DNA of 64,000 nucleotides from an uncultured Pseudomonadales bacterium. Its GTDB lineage: Bacteria; Patescibacteriota; Microgenomatia; UBA1400; PJMF01. The stretch's first letter is position 1. Each line of letters opens with the position of its first letter. The DNA lies in the NCBI GenBank assembly GCA_964570365.1, contig CAZMXT010000004.1, positions 2,792-66,791 on the forward strand, written 5' to 3'. The notes below the pieces were generated by a model that made no database searches, was not told where the DNA came from, and saw only the letters and a list, made by a program, of their open reading frames with translations. Below, one piece after another: positions 56,724-64,000 of this stretch. A program made the translations under genes and the position numbers.

Positions 56724-57599
56724 ATGCCAACCAAACGAGATTACTATGAAGTTTTGGGAGTCCAAAAAGGGAGTTCCGCGGCGGAAATCAAGACTGCCTA
56801 CCGTAAGATGGCGCTCCAGTATCACCCGGATAAGAATAAGGCCAAAGACGCGGAGACCAAGTTCAAAGAAATTAATGAAGCCTACCAAGTGCTTTCTGAC
56901 GCGCAAAAGAAGCAAGCTTATGACCAGTTTGGTCATGCGGCCTTTGATCCAGCCAGTGGTGGCGCAGCTGGGAATCCATTTGCGGGCGGCTTTCGATCAG
57001 GTGGTCCATTCACTTGGTCGTACTCAAGTGGGGCTAGTGGTCAAGGGAATCCATTTGAAGGCATGGACTTTAATGATCCATTTGAGATCTTCGAGGGCAT
57101 CTTTGGCGGAGGTGGATTTGGTGGCCAAGCCTCACGACGACCTCGCTACTCCTTAGCGGTGGAGTTCATGGATGCAGTCAAGGGAACTGAGAAAGCCGTC
57201 GAGATTGATGGCAAAAAACACACAATTAAAATTCCCGCTGGAGCCAATGATGGCACCAGAATTCGTTTTGAGAACTTTGATATCACTTTGAGTGTCAGGG
57301 AGCACGAGCACTTCAAGCGTGATGAATACGACTTGTATTTGGATCAGAAAATTACTTACACCACGGCGGTGCTGGGTGGAGAAATTCAGGTGCCGACGGT
57401 AACGGGCCAGCTGAAGCTCAAAGTTCGGGCGGGTACTCAGTCTCATACCCTGGTGCGTTTAAGAGGTGAGGGTGTTCAGCACCTCCAGGGTCGGGGGAAG
57501 GGTGATCTGTATGTGAGGTTGATTGTCACTGTGCCTGAGAAGTTGAGCCGAGAAGAAAAACAGGTTTTGGAACAGTTGCAGCGGGTGGAGTCAGTCTAG
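56724..57599 (+). CDS. dnaJ: DnaJ-like co-chaperone (J domain + G/F-rich + C-terminal domains, no Zn-finger)
   Basis: DYYEVLGV...YHPDKN J-domain with the HPD motif. A Gly/Phe-rich region follows. No CxxCxGxG repeats. Confidence 0.85.
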   Translation: MPTKRDYYEVLGVQKGSSAAEIKTAYRKMALQYHPDKNKAKDAETKFKEINEAYQVLSDAQKKQAYDQFGHAAFDPASGGAAGNPFAGGFRSGGPFTWSYSSGASGQGNPFEGMDFNDPFEIFEGIFGGGGFGGQASRRPRYSLAVEFMDAVKGTEKAVEIDGKKHTIKIPAGANDGTRIRFENFDITLSVREHEHFKRDEYDLYLDQKITYTTAVLGGEIQVPTVTGQLKLKVRAGTQSHTLVRLRGEGVQHLQGRGKGDLYVRLIVTVPEKLSREEKQVLEQLQRVESV

Positions 57600-57718
57600 G
57601 AACTCCAAACCCAGTTTGAATCCCCTTGATTTTCCTGTATAATACGCCTTGAGAAGGGACTCCCAAAGCAGTCCTTTTTTTATATCAGAACAAAAAAAAT
57701 TTAGAATCGAAGGGATGT

Positions 57719-59020
57719 ATGTCCAACAACGCCAAAGTCGCCCGCACCGAGTTCTCCGCTGCAATTGCACAAATTGCTAATGAAAGAAACATTAGTCCTG
57801 AATCAATTGTCGAAGGTATCCGCCAGGCATTAGTGTCTGCATACCGCAAGCAGTTTGGCCCTTTTGAGGAAGATGTCCACTATATTGCTGAAGTAAATGC
57901 CGAGTCAGGTGAGTCAAAGATCTTCAAGTATGCAGTTATCGAAAAAGACGAAGAAACAGGCGAAGTGACTAAGTGGGATGACTCCAAGAGTGAAGATGTG
58001 ACTCCAGCTGGTTTTGGTCGAATTGCCGCTCAAACTGCGAAGCAGGTGATTTTGCAGAAAATTCGTGAGTCTGAGAAGGATCAAATTTTAGCTGACTTTT
58101 CCGAAAAAATTGGCGAGATTGTCTCTGGCCAGGTTCTGCGCATGGATGGCAAGATGGTCATCATTGATGTCGGTCGTGGTCAAGGTGTCATGCCTCCAGA
58201 AGAGCAGATGCGCGGGGAGTTTTATCGCCTCAACAATAGAATTACTGTCTTTATTCGCGAAATCCGAGATACCTTCAAGGGTAGATCGATCATTGTCTCT
58301 CGTTCAGCGAAGGAACTCGTTTCTAAGCTGTTTGAGCGCGAAGTGCCAGAAGTCGCTTCCGGTGCCGTCAAGATTGTGAACATTGCCCGCGAGGCGGGTG
58401 TGCGGACCAAGTTAGCTGTCACCTCTACTCAAGAAGGTGTCGATCCAGTTGGTTCCTGTGTCGGACAGCGAGGTGTTCGTGTTCAAGAAGTCATCCGTGA
58501 GTTAAATAACGAAAAGATTGACATTATTCCGTACTCTGAAGATCAGGTCGCGTATCTCCGTGGTGCTTTAGCTCCAGCTGAGAACCTGAAGATTGACATA
58601 GACGTTGAGCAGAACTTAGTCACTGTGACTGCTCCAGACGATCAGCTTTCCTTGGCCATTGGTCGGGGTGGCCAAAACGTTCGTTTAGCAGCCAAGCTGA
58701 CTGGGTATAAAATTACCATTAAGTCTGCGGCTGGTGAAGTTCAATCTGCCGTGACTGGAGCTGAAGAGTATGAGATCGACACCTTTGAAGGCTTAGAGCC
58801 AGAGGTGCGCGCACTCTTAATCCAGAATAAGTTCACCACCCTCAATGACCTGTCTCGCTTTAAGACTCGCTGGATGGAGATGGAGGAGGTAAATGAGGCG
58901 CAAAAGAAAATGCTTCTGGATCGCGTAACCACCTTCGATGCAGAGATGGCTGAGCGTGAACGATTGAATCCTCGTATAGATAGAATAGATCGAGTAGATA
59001 GAGATAATAAGGCGGCATAA
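57719..59020 (+). CDS. nusA: transcription termination/antitermination factor NusA
   Basis: N-terminal domain, S1 and KH domains (GxxG: IGRGGQNVR). The acidic/Arg-rich C-terminal tail carries RIDRIDRVDRD repeats. Confidence 0.93.
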   Translation: MSNNAKVARTEFSAAIAQIANERNISPESIVEGIRQALVSAYRKQFGPFEEDVHYIAEVNAESGESKIFKYAVIEKDEETGEVTKWDDSKSEDVTPAGFGRIAAQTAKQVILQKIRESEKDQILADFSEKIGEIVSGQVLRMDGKMVIIDVGRGQGVMPPEEQMRGEFYRLNNRITVFIREIRDTFKGRSIIVSRSAKELVSKLFEREVPEVASGAVKIVNIAREAGVRTKLAVTSTQEGVDPVGSCVGQRGVRVQEVIRELNNEKIDIIPYSEDQVAYLRGALAPAENLKIDIDVEQNLVTVTAPDDQLSLAIGRGGQNVRLAAKLTGYKITIKSAAGEVQSAVTGAEEYEIDTFEGLEPEVRALLIQNKFTTLNDLSRFKTRWMEMEEVNEAQKKMLLDRVTTFDAEMAERERLNPRIDRIDRVDRDNKAA

Positions 59021-59025
59021 AAAAT

Positions 59026-60474
59026 ATGGCAACTCAACCAAGACCACCAATTGTCACCATCATGGGTCATGTCGATCACGGCAAGACGTCATTGTTGGAT
59101 TACATTCGTAAGACACATGTGGTGGACCGCGAAGCTGGGGGGATTACTCAGCATATTGGTGCGTATCAGATCGAGTTCAAGAACAAAAAAATCACCTTCA
59201 TTGATACTCCAGGTCACGCTGCCTTTAATAAAATGCGTGCCCGAGGAGCCCAGGTTACAGATTTTGTGATCCTAGTCGTGGCCGCCAACGATGGTGTCAA
59301 ACCGCAAACTATTGAATCAATCCGTCACATAAAAGAAGCAAATGTACCAGTTGTAGTCGCAATCAATAAAATTGATCTACCAAACGTCTACCCAGATATG
59401 GCTAAAGCCCAGCTGGCTGAGAATGACATCTTGGTCCAGGGGTACGGCGGTGACGTTGATGTGGTGGAAGTCTCAGCCAAGACAGGCAAAGGCGTAGATG
59501 ATTTACTCGACTTAATCCTGGTCATGGCAGAGCTGAAAGGCCTTGAAGCAGACCCAGCTGCTGATCTCAAAGCGGTAGTCATCGAAGCTACCAAAGACGT
59601 TCGTCGAGGCCCAGTGACCACAATCCTAGTCCAACAAGGCACGCTCAAGCTTCGTCAAGATATCGTGGCTGACGAAAATGAAGGTCGAGTTCGCCAGATG
59701 ACTGACGAAAATCGTAAGGCTCTCGTGGAGGTTCTCCCTGGTGGCCCTGCTGAACTAATTGGATTTACTGCGTTGCCAGCAGTTGGGGCAATTGTCTCAG
59801 AAAAAGGCAAAGTTCCTGCTCCAGATGCAGATGCGCGAGTAGCAGCTCCTCCACCAGCGAAAGATAACTTTGCTGACCTGTTTAATGAAAAACCAAAGCT
59901 GAAGTTAATTCTGAAGGCAGATGCACAAGGAACTCTTGAGGCAGTTGCCCAGAACTTAGATGATGAGAGCGTCGAGCTGCTCCGCTCTGAGGTTGGCGAA
60001 GTGACTGAAGATGACGTTGTTTTTGCCCAGACCACAGGTGCTTCTATCTTGGTGTTCCACACTAAGGTTCCTCGTCAAATTGAAGAAGCAGCCAAAAATG
60101 CTGGAGTCAAGATTAAGTCTTACGACATTATCTATAAGCTGCTCGAAGACCTCCAAAAGCAGATGCTCAAGCTGATCGAACCCACCATTGATGAAGTGGT
60201 CCTCGGAGAAGCCGAGATTATGCAGATTTTTGAGATGCGCGGTGAACGGATCGCTGGCTGCCGCATGATTACAGGTGAGATGAAGAAAACTGATTTACTC
60301 CACTTAAAACGAGGCGATGAAATTATCTCCAACCCAGATCTCAAATCGTTAATGCACGGCAAAGAGCAGATCGATTCCGTCAAAGCTAAGAATGAGTTTG
60401 GCATGACCTTCAAGAAGAAAAAAGAAGAGTTTCAAGTAGGTGATAAGGTGGTGGCGTATAAGGTGGAGGAGTAA
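59026..60474 (+). CDS. infB: translation initiation factor IF-2 (short form lacking N-terminal domains)
   Basis: [24 protein letters not shown] and NKID G-motifs. 482 aa. Confidence 0.93.
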   Translation: MATQPRPPIVTIMGHVDHGKTSLLDYIRKTHVVDREAGGITQHIGAYQIEFKNKKITFIDTPGHAAFNKMRARGAQVTDFVILVVAANDGVKPQTIESIRHIKEANVPVVVAINKIDLPNVYPDMAKAQLAENDILVQGYGGDVDVVEVSAKTGKGVDDLLDLILVMAELKGLEADPAADLKAVVIEATKDVRRGPVTTILVQQGTLKLRQDIVADENEGRVRQMTDENRKALVEVLPGGPAELIGFTALPAVGAIVSEKGKVPAPDADARVAAPPPAKDNFADLFNEKPKLKLILKADAQGTLEAVAQNLDDESVELLRSEVGEVTEDDVVFAQTTGASILVFHTKVPRQIEEAAKNAGVKIKSYDIIYKLLEDLQKQMLKLIEPTIDEVVLGEAEIMQIFEMRGERIAGCRMITGEMKKTDLLHLKRGDEIISNPDLKSLMHGKEQIDSVKAKNEFGMTFKKKKEEFQVGDKVVAYKVEE

Positions 60475-60750
60475 GTTTCACTCTTTTTGCTCAATTTTCA
60501 AAAAGTAAGCTAGATTAAAGCAAATAATTACAATTGTGTCACATAATTTATGACATATAAACATATGTTAGATAAACGAGACATGATCTCACTTGGTGAA
60601 GCTTTCCCTCAATCTAAAGTTACAGAAGAGACCTCTAGATCAAGTTTAGATTCGTCTATACCTCCTTTTAGTAACCCCACCTCTTCCCCAAGCGTTTTTG
60701 AGAAACAGTATCGCGAGCTGACGAACTCTTTAGTCTTTTAGAGCTCCTAT

Positions 60751-60759
60751 GGTATAATC
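60751..60759 (+). promoter_or_regulatory. extended -10 promoter element TGgTATAAT upstream of rpsO
   Basis: TG at 60751-60752 and TATAAT at 60754-60759, about 67 nt before the rpsO ATG. Confidence 0.4.
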
Positions 60760-60825
60760 CCCTTTCAATAAATAGGTTACTTGGACTGTCGGTCTCGACT
60801 GACAACACCAGGGAAAGATACCAGT

Positions 60826-61095
60826 ATGGCATTAACGACTGCCACTAAAACACAAATTATCAAAGACTTCGCTCTTTTCGAGGGAGACACTGGGTCCCCA
60901 GAAGTACAAGTTGCACTGCTTACCAACTCGATCAATGAGTTGACTGAGCACTTAAAGAAACACAAAAAAGATAACCACTCCCGCCGAGGTTTATTGAAGC
61001 AGGTTGCCAAGCGCCGCCGTCTCTTAAACTTCTTATTGGCCAAGAGTGAAGAGCGTTACCGAGCCTTGATCAACCGGTTGGGTTTAACGAAGTAA
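60826..61095 (+). CDS. rpsO: 30S ribosomal protein S15
   Basis: 89 aa. [16 protein letters not shown]...[14 protein letters not shown] is the S15 signature. The tool ORF started upstream at 60781. Confidence 0.92.
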   Translation: MALTTATKTQIIKDFALFEGDTGSPEVQVALLTNSINELTEHLKKHKKDNHSRRGLLKQVAKRRRLLNFLLAKSEERYRALINRLGLTK

Positions 61096-61290
61096 CTTTC
61101 CACACCCCATTCTTACTCTGTTTCTGACGACCAGATCTTCAACGTGCTATAATTCCCCCAGTATAAATTGGACGGAGAACTGAGGATTCAAGAGAAACAG
61201 TGAATTTTGCTTTAGATAGCCTTACCAGGTTACGGCCATTCGCTTGTTCTCCAGAGTACTCGCACCTCTCCCTCACATGAAAGGATTACT

Positions 61291-63642
61291 ATGTCATACC
61301 CGACATATGGTCAAACATATAAAAAAGATATTCAGGTGGGCGATAAAGTCGTTTCCATTGAAATCGGTAAGTACTCAGAGCAAGCTTCGGCTGCAGTGCT
61401 GGCTACTTGTGGTGGTACGGTGGTTCACTCCACGATCGTCTTAGGTCGCAAAGTCGACTTGGGATACTTCCCCCTCTCAGTTGAGTTTATTGAAAAGCTC
61501 TCTGCCGGTGGCATTATTAAAGGTTCTCGCTGGGTTAAGCGCGATGGTCGGCCAACCGATGATGCTGTCTTAAAAGGTCGCGTCATTGATCGAACTCTTC
61601 GCCCGATGTTCCCAGAAGGCATGACCAATGAAGTCCAGATCGCCGTCACGGTTTTTTCTACTGATAAAGAAAATGATGCTGATATGGTTGGTATGTTGGC
61701 GACCTCAATTGCCTTATCTGTTTCTGAGATTCCATTTGATGGACCAGTGACTGGTTTAAGAATGGGCTACAGCAAGGCAGATCAGAAATACTCGATTAAC
61801 CCAACTGATACTGAGCGCAAAGAGCTGGACATGGACTTAATTGTCTCTGGAAATGCTGATGCGATTGTAATGGTTGAGGCAGGTGCCAACGAAGTGACTG
61901 AGGCTGTGATTCTGGAAGCATTCAAGCAAGCTCAAGCTGAGCTGGGCAAGATCTGCACCGAGATTAACGCCATCGTCAAAGAAATTGGCAAAACCAAGCG
62001 CACCGACGTGTTGCCGAAGCCAGTCGAAGCTTCCGTGACTGAAGTGAAGGCAACCTTGGCCAAGAAGTACAAAAAAGAAGTTCAAGACATGATCCGTAAG
62101 GAAGGTGTTTTGGAGGAAACAGGCCTGAGTGAACTGATCGAGAAGATCGTCGCCGAAAACCAACCAGCTGAGGGGCAAGCACCAAGTCTGATGGCAGATG
62201 CCAAAGTCTTAGGAAACCTGTTCCAGGAGCTGATGGCTGAAGAAGGTCGCCGGATGATCGTTGAAGAACAGGTCCGTCCAGATGGTCGCAAGACTGATGA
62301 GATTCGCCCAATCTGGTGTGAAGTCGATATTTTCCCTCGCACACATGGTTCCGCCATGTTCAAGCGTGGAGCTACCCAAGTGCTATCAGTGGCCACTTTA
62401 GGTTCACCATCACTTGGTCAGTTGATTGAAGATATGACAGGTGAGCAAGTTCGTCACTACATACATCACTACAGCATGCCCCCATATGCTGCTGGCGAAA
62501 CCGGTCGCTTTGGTTCACCAAAACGCCGCGAAATTGGGCACGGAGCCTTAGCCGAGCGCGCACTCTGGCCGGTGATCCCGTCCCAAAAAGAATTCCCATA
62601 CACTATTCACGTTATCTCCGAAGTGGTCAGTTCCAACGGCTCTACCTCTCAAGGTTCAGTCTGTGGCTCCACCATGTCATTGATGGCTGCTGGTGTACCA
62701 ATCAAGGCACCCGTCGCAGGAATTGCAATGGGCTTGATGACCAATGGGAAAGGCAAGTACGTCGTACTTTCTGACATCCAGGGTTTGGAAGATCACATCG
62801 GTGATATGGACTTTAAAGTCGCCGGTACTGCCAATGGTGTAACTGCTCTCCAGATGGACATCAAGATCAAAGGTATTCCTTCTGATGTCATGACTCAAGC
62901 TCTTAACCAAGCTCAGGTCGGTCGGATGCATATCTTAGGCAAGATGCTGGAAGTGATTCCAGAGTCCAGAAAGACCCTCTCTGAGTACGCGCCAAAGATC
63001 CAACAGCTCGAGATCCCAGCTGACCGAATTGGTGAGTTAATCGGCCCAGGTGGGAAGATGATTAAGAGTATCATCGAAGAAACCGGTGCGCAGATCGACG
63101 TCGACGAAGATGAAGAACGCGGAGTTGGTTTAGTCAATATTTCTTCACCAGATCAGAAAAAGCTCGATAATGCCTATAAATTCATTAGTGACATGATGCG
63201 CAGCATTGAGGTCGGCGAAGAGTTTGATGGCGAAGTCAACCGAGTTGAGAGCTATGGTGCTTTTGTGAACATTGCTCCTAACAAAGATGGACTCGTCCAC
63301 GTTTCTGGCATGTCTACTGAGTATGTCCGAGATGCGAGTGACATTGTCAAACTTGGAGATAGGATTCACGTTCGCGTGAGCGAGATTCAAGAAGATGGCA
63401 AGATTAAGTTAACCATGCTGACCCCTGAACAAGAGGAAGCGGCGGCCGCAGGCCGACGCGGTGGTGGGGATCGAGGCGGATCTTCGTTCGGTCCAGACCG
63501 CAGCTCAGATCGCGGTGGCTTTGGTGGCGGACGACCTCCATTCAGAGGAGGAGATCGCGGTGGAGACCGAGGCGGTAGCCGAGGGGGCTTTGGTGGGAGT
63601 AGACCTCCATTCCGCGGTGGTGACCGTGGAGATCGTCGGTAA
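61291..63642 (+). CDS. pnp: polynucleotide phosphorylase (PNPase) with C-terminal Arg/Gly-rich repeat tail
   Basis: Two RNase PH domains, KH and S1 domains. An extra ~70-aa C-terminal RGG/GD low-complexity tail contains two GGFGG(G/S)RPPFRGGDRG repeats. Confidence 0.95.
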   Translation: MSYPTYGQTYKKDIQVGDKVVSIEIGKYSEQASAAVLATCGGTVVHSTIVLGRKVDLGYFPLSVEFIEKLSAGGIIKGSRWVKRDGRPTDDAVLKGRVIDRTLRPMFPEGMTNEVQIAVTVFSTDKENDADMVGMLATSIALSVSEIPFDGPVTGLRMGYSKADQKYSINPTDTERKELDMDLIVSGNADAIVMVEAGANEVTEAVILEAFKQAQAELGKICTEINAIVKEIGKTKRTDVLPKPVEASVTEVKATLAKKYKKEVQDMIRKEGVLEETGLSELIEKIVAENQPAEGQAPSLMADAKVLGNLFQELMAEEGRRMIVEEQVRPDGRKTDEIRPIWCEVDIFPRTHGSAMFKRGATQVLSVATLGSPSLGQLIEDMTGEQVRHYIHHYSMPPYAAGETGRFGSPKRREIGHGALAERALWPVIPSQKEFPYTIHVISEVVSSNGSTSQGSVCGSTMSLMAAGVPIKAPVAGIAMGLMTNGKGKYVVLSDIQGLEDHIGDMDFKVAGTANGVTALQMDIKIKGIPSDVMTQALNQAQVGRMHILGKMLEVIPESRKTLSEYAPKIQQLEIPADRIGELIGPGGKMIKSIIEETGAQIDVDEDEERGVGLVNISSPDQKKLDNAYKFISDMMRSIEVGEEFDGEVNRVESYGAFVNIAPNKDGLVHVSGMSTEYVRDASDIVKLGDRIHVRVSEIQEDGKIKLTMLTPEQEEAAAAGRRGGGDRGGSSFGPDRSSDRGGFGGGRPPFRGGDRGGDRGGSRGGFGGSRPPFRGGDRGDRR

Positions 63643-63841
63643 ATTGAATTGAAATAAATCGTATGGGGACTGGGCGCAGCACTGGGAACAGGACAAGCGG
63701 CAGTCCCCGTTAAATACTTCAAGAACCCTTATTTCTAGGAGTACTGTCGGACTCTTGCTATCCATAAATTTTTTCGATGTCATTTTGTGACTTCTGAACG
63801 ATATTTGTCATGAATGAATTCTAGCATGCTACACTCTTAGC

Positions 63842-64000
63842 ATGACCCTTTCCTCAATCCAAACCTCAGATGGTATGTTCACGATTGCTCCGTTTGACCA
63901 TCGGGGTTCCCTGGCGCAGTTGATCGGTGTAGACATGAACACTACCATGGGCCAAGAAGCAGTGACTCAACTCAAAGTGTTGTTTATGGAGGCATTTTCG
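63842..64000 (+). CDS. class I aldolase-like protein (LacD/tagatose-bisphosphate-aldolase-like), N-terminal fragment running off the window
   Basis: MTLSSIQTSDGMFTIAPFDHRGSLAQL resembles the LacD N-terminal motif (AFDQRGAL). Partial only. Confidence 0.3.
   Translation, partial: MTLSSIQTSDGMFTIAPFDHRGSLAQLIGVDMNTTMGQEAVTQLKVLFMEAFS

Noticed and set aside
63664-63706. GGGGACTG ... CAGTCCCC 8-bp stem after pnp as a terminator
   Set aside because: The 27-nt loop and absence of a following T-run make an intrinsic terminator unlikely. It is possibly a processing structure, but I cannot support that.
63387-63783. Pro-rich antisense ORFs (111 and 92 aa) opposite the PNPase RGG tail
   Set aside because: The GC-rich Gly/Arg repeat DNA gives a Pro-rich open frame on the complement. 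The PNPase frame is continuous with conserved domains.
1-64000. CRISPR arrays or cas genes
   Set aside because: No regularly spaced direct repeats of 25-40 bp were seen anywhere in the window.

Overview
The window looks like a compact bacterial chromosome segment in the standard genetic code: TGA, TAA and TAG all terminate clearly conserved genes. It is dominated by housekeeping operons and resembles a small-genome, possibly Patescibacteria/CPR-like organism; that is inference only. Gene content in order: (1) a surface-glycan/type IV pilus locus at 1-11.3 kb (GT26 fragment, SAM-methyltransferase, Gfo/Idh/MocA oxidoreductase, DegT aminotransferase, a Wzy_C/O-antigen-ligase-like protein with TPR tail, a PglC-like phosphoglycosyltransferase, a Ser/Thr/Pro-rich surface protein, pilO/pilN-like genes, murJ); (2) rpsT, lepA, smpB, cmk; (3) two class A PBPs flanking a GH18 hydrolase; (4) a four-gene module of unknown function (HEPN-like protein, divergent P-loop NMP-kinase-like protein, CPBP intramembrane protease-like protein, secreted helical protein); (5) nrdR-nrdJ with tandem NrdR boxes; (6) tsaD plus a fused tsaC-tsaE; (7) yidC, SPFH protein, groES-groEL behind a CIRCE-like operator; (8) two tandem GT-C (PMT/ArnT-like) glycosyltransferases; (9) two CAU-anticodon tRNAs; (10) a dockerin-domain secreted protein split by one in-frame TGA; (11) an IS30-transposase N-terminal remnant and an exact 18-bp duplication of a tRNA 3' end; (12) a Xer-like recombinase; (13) a trpB-trpA-trpS operon preceded by what looks like a ribosome-mediated attenuator with a tandem-Trp leader peptide; (14) csaA-like, ftsH, a standalone 5'-3' exonuclease, GT4, a clan-A glycoside hydrolase; (15) hrcA-grpE-dnaK-dnaJ behind a CIRCE-like operator; (16) nusA-infB then rpsO-pnp, with an RGG-rich PNPase tail. 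No CRISPR array or intact mobile element was seen. The most interesting candidates are the trp attenuator, the tRNA-end duplication scar, the two stop-interrupted secreted-protein genes, the HEPN/kinase/CPBP module, and a putative pilin/surface-protein O-glycosylation locus.
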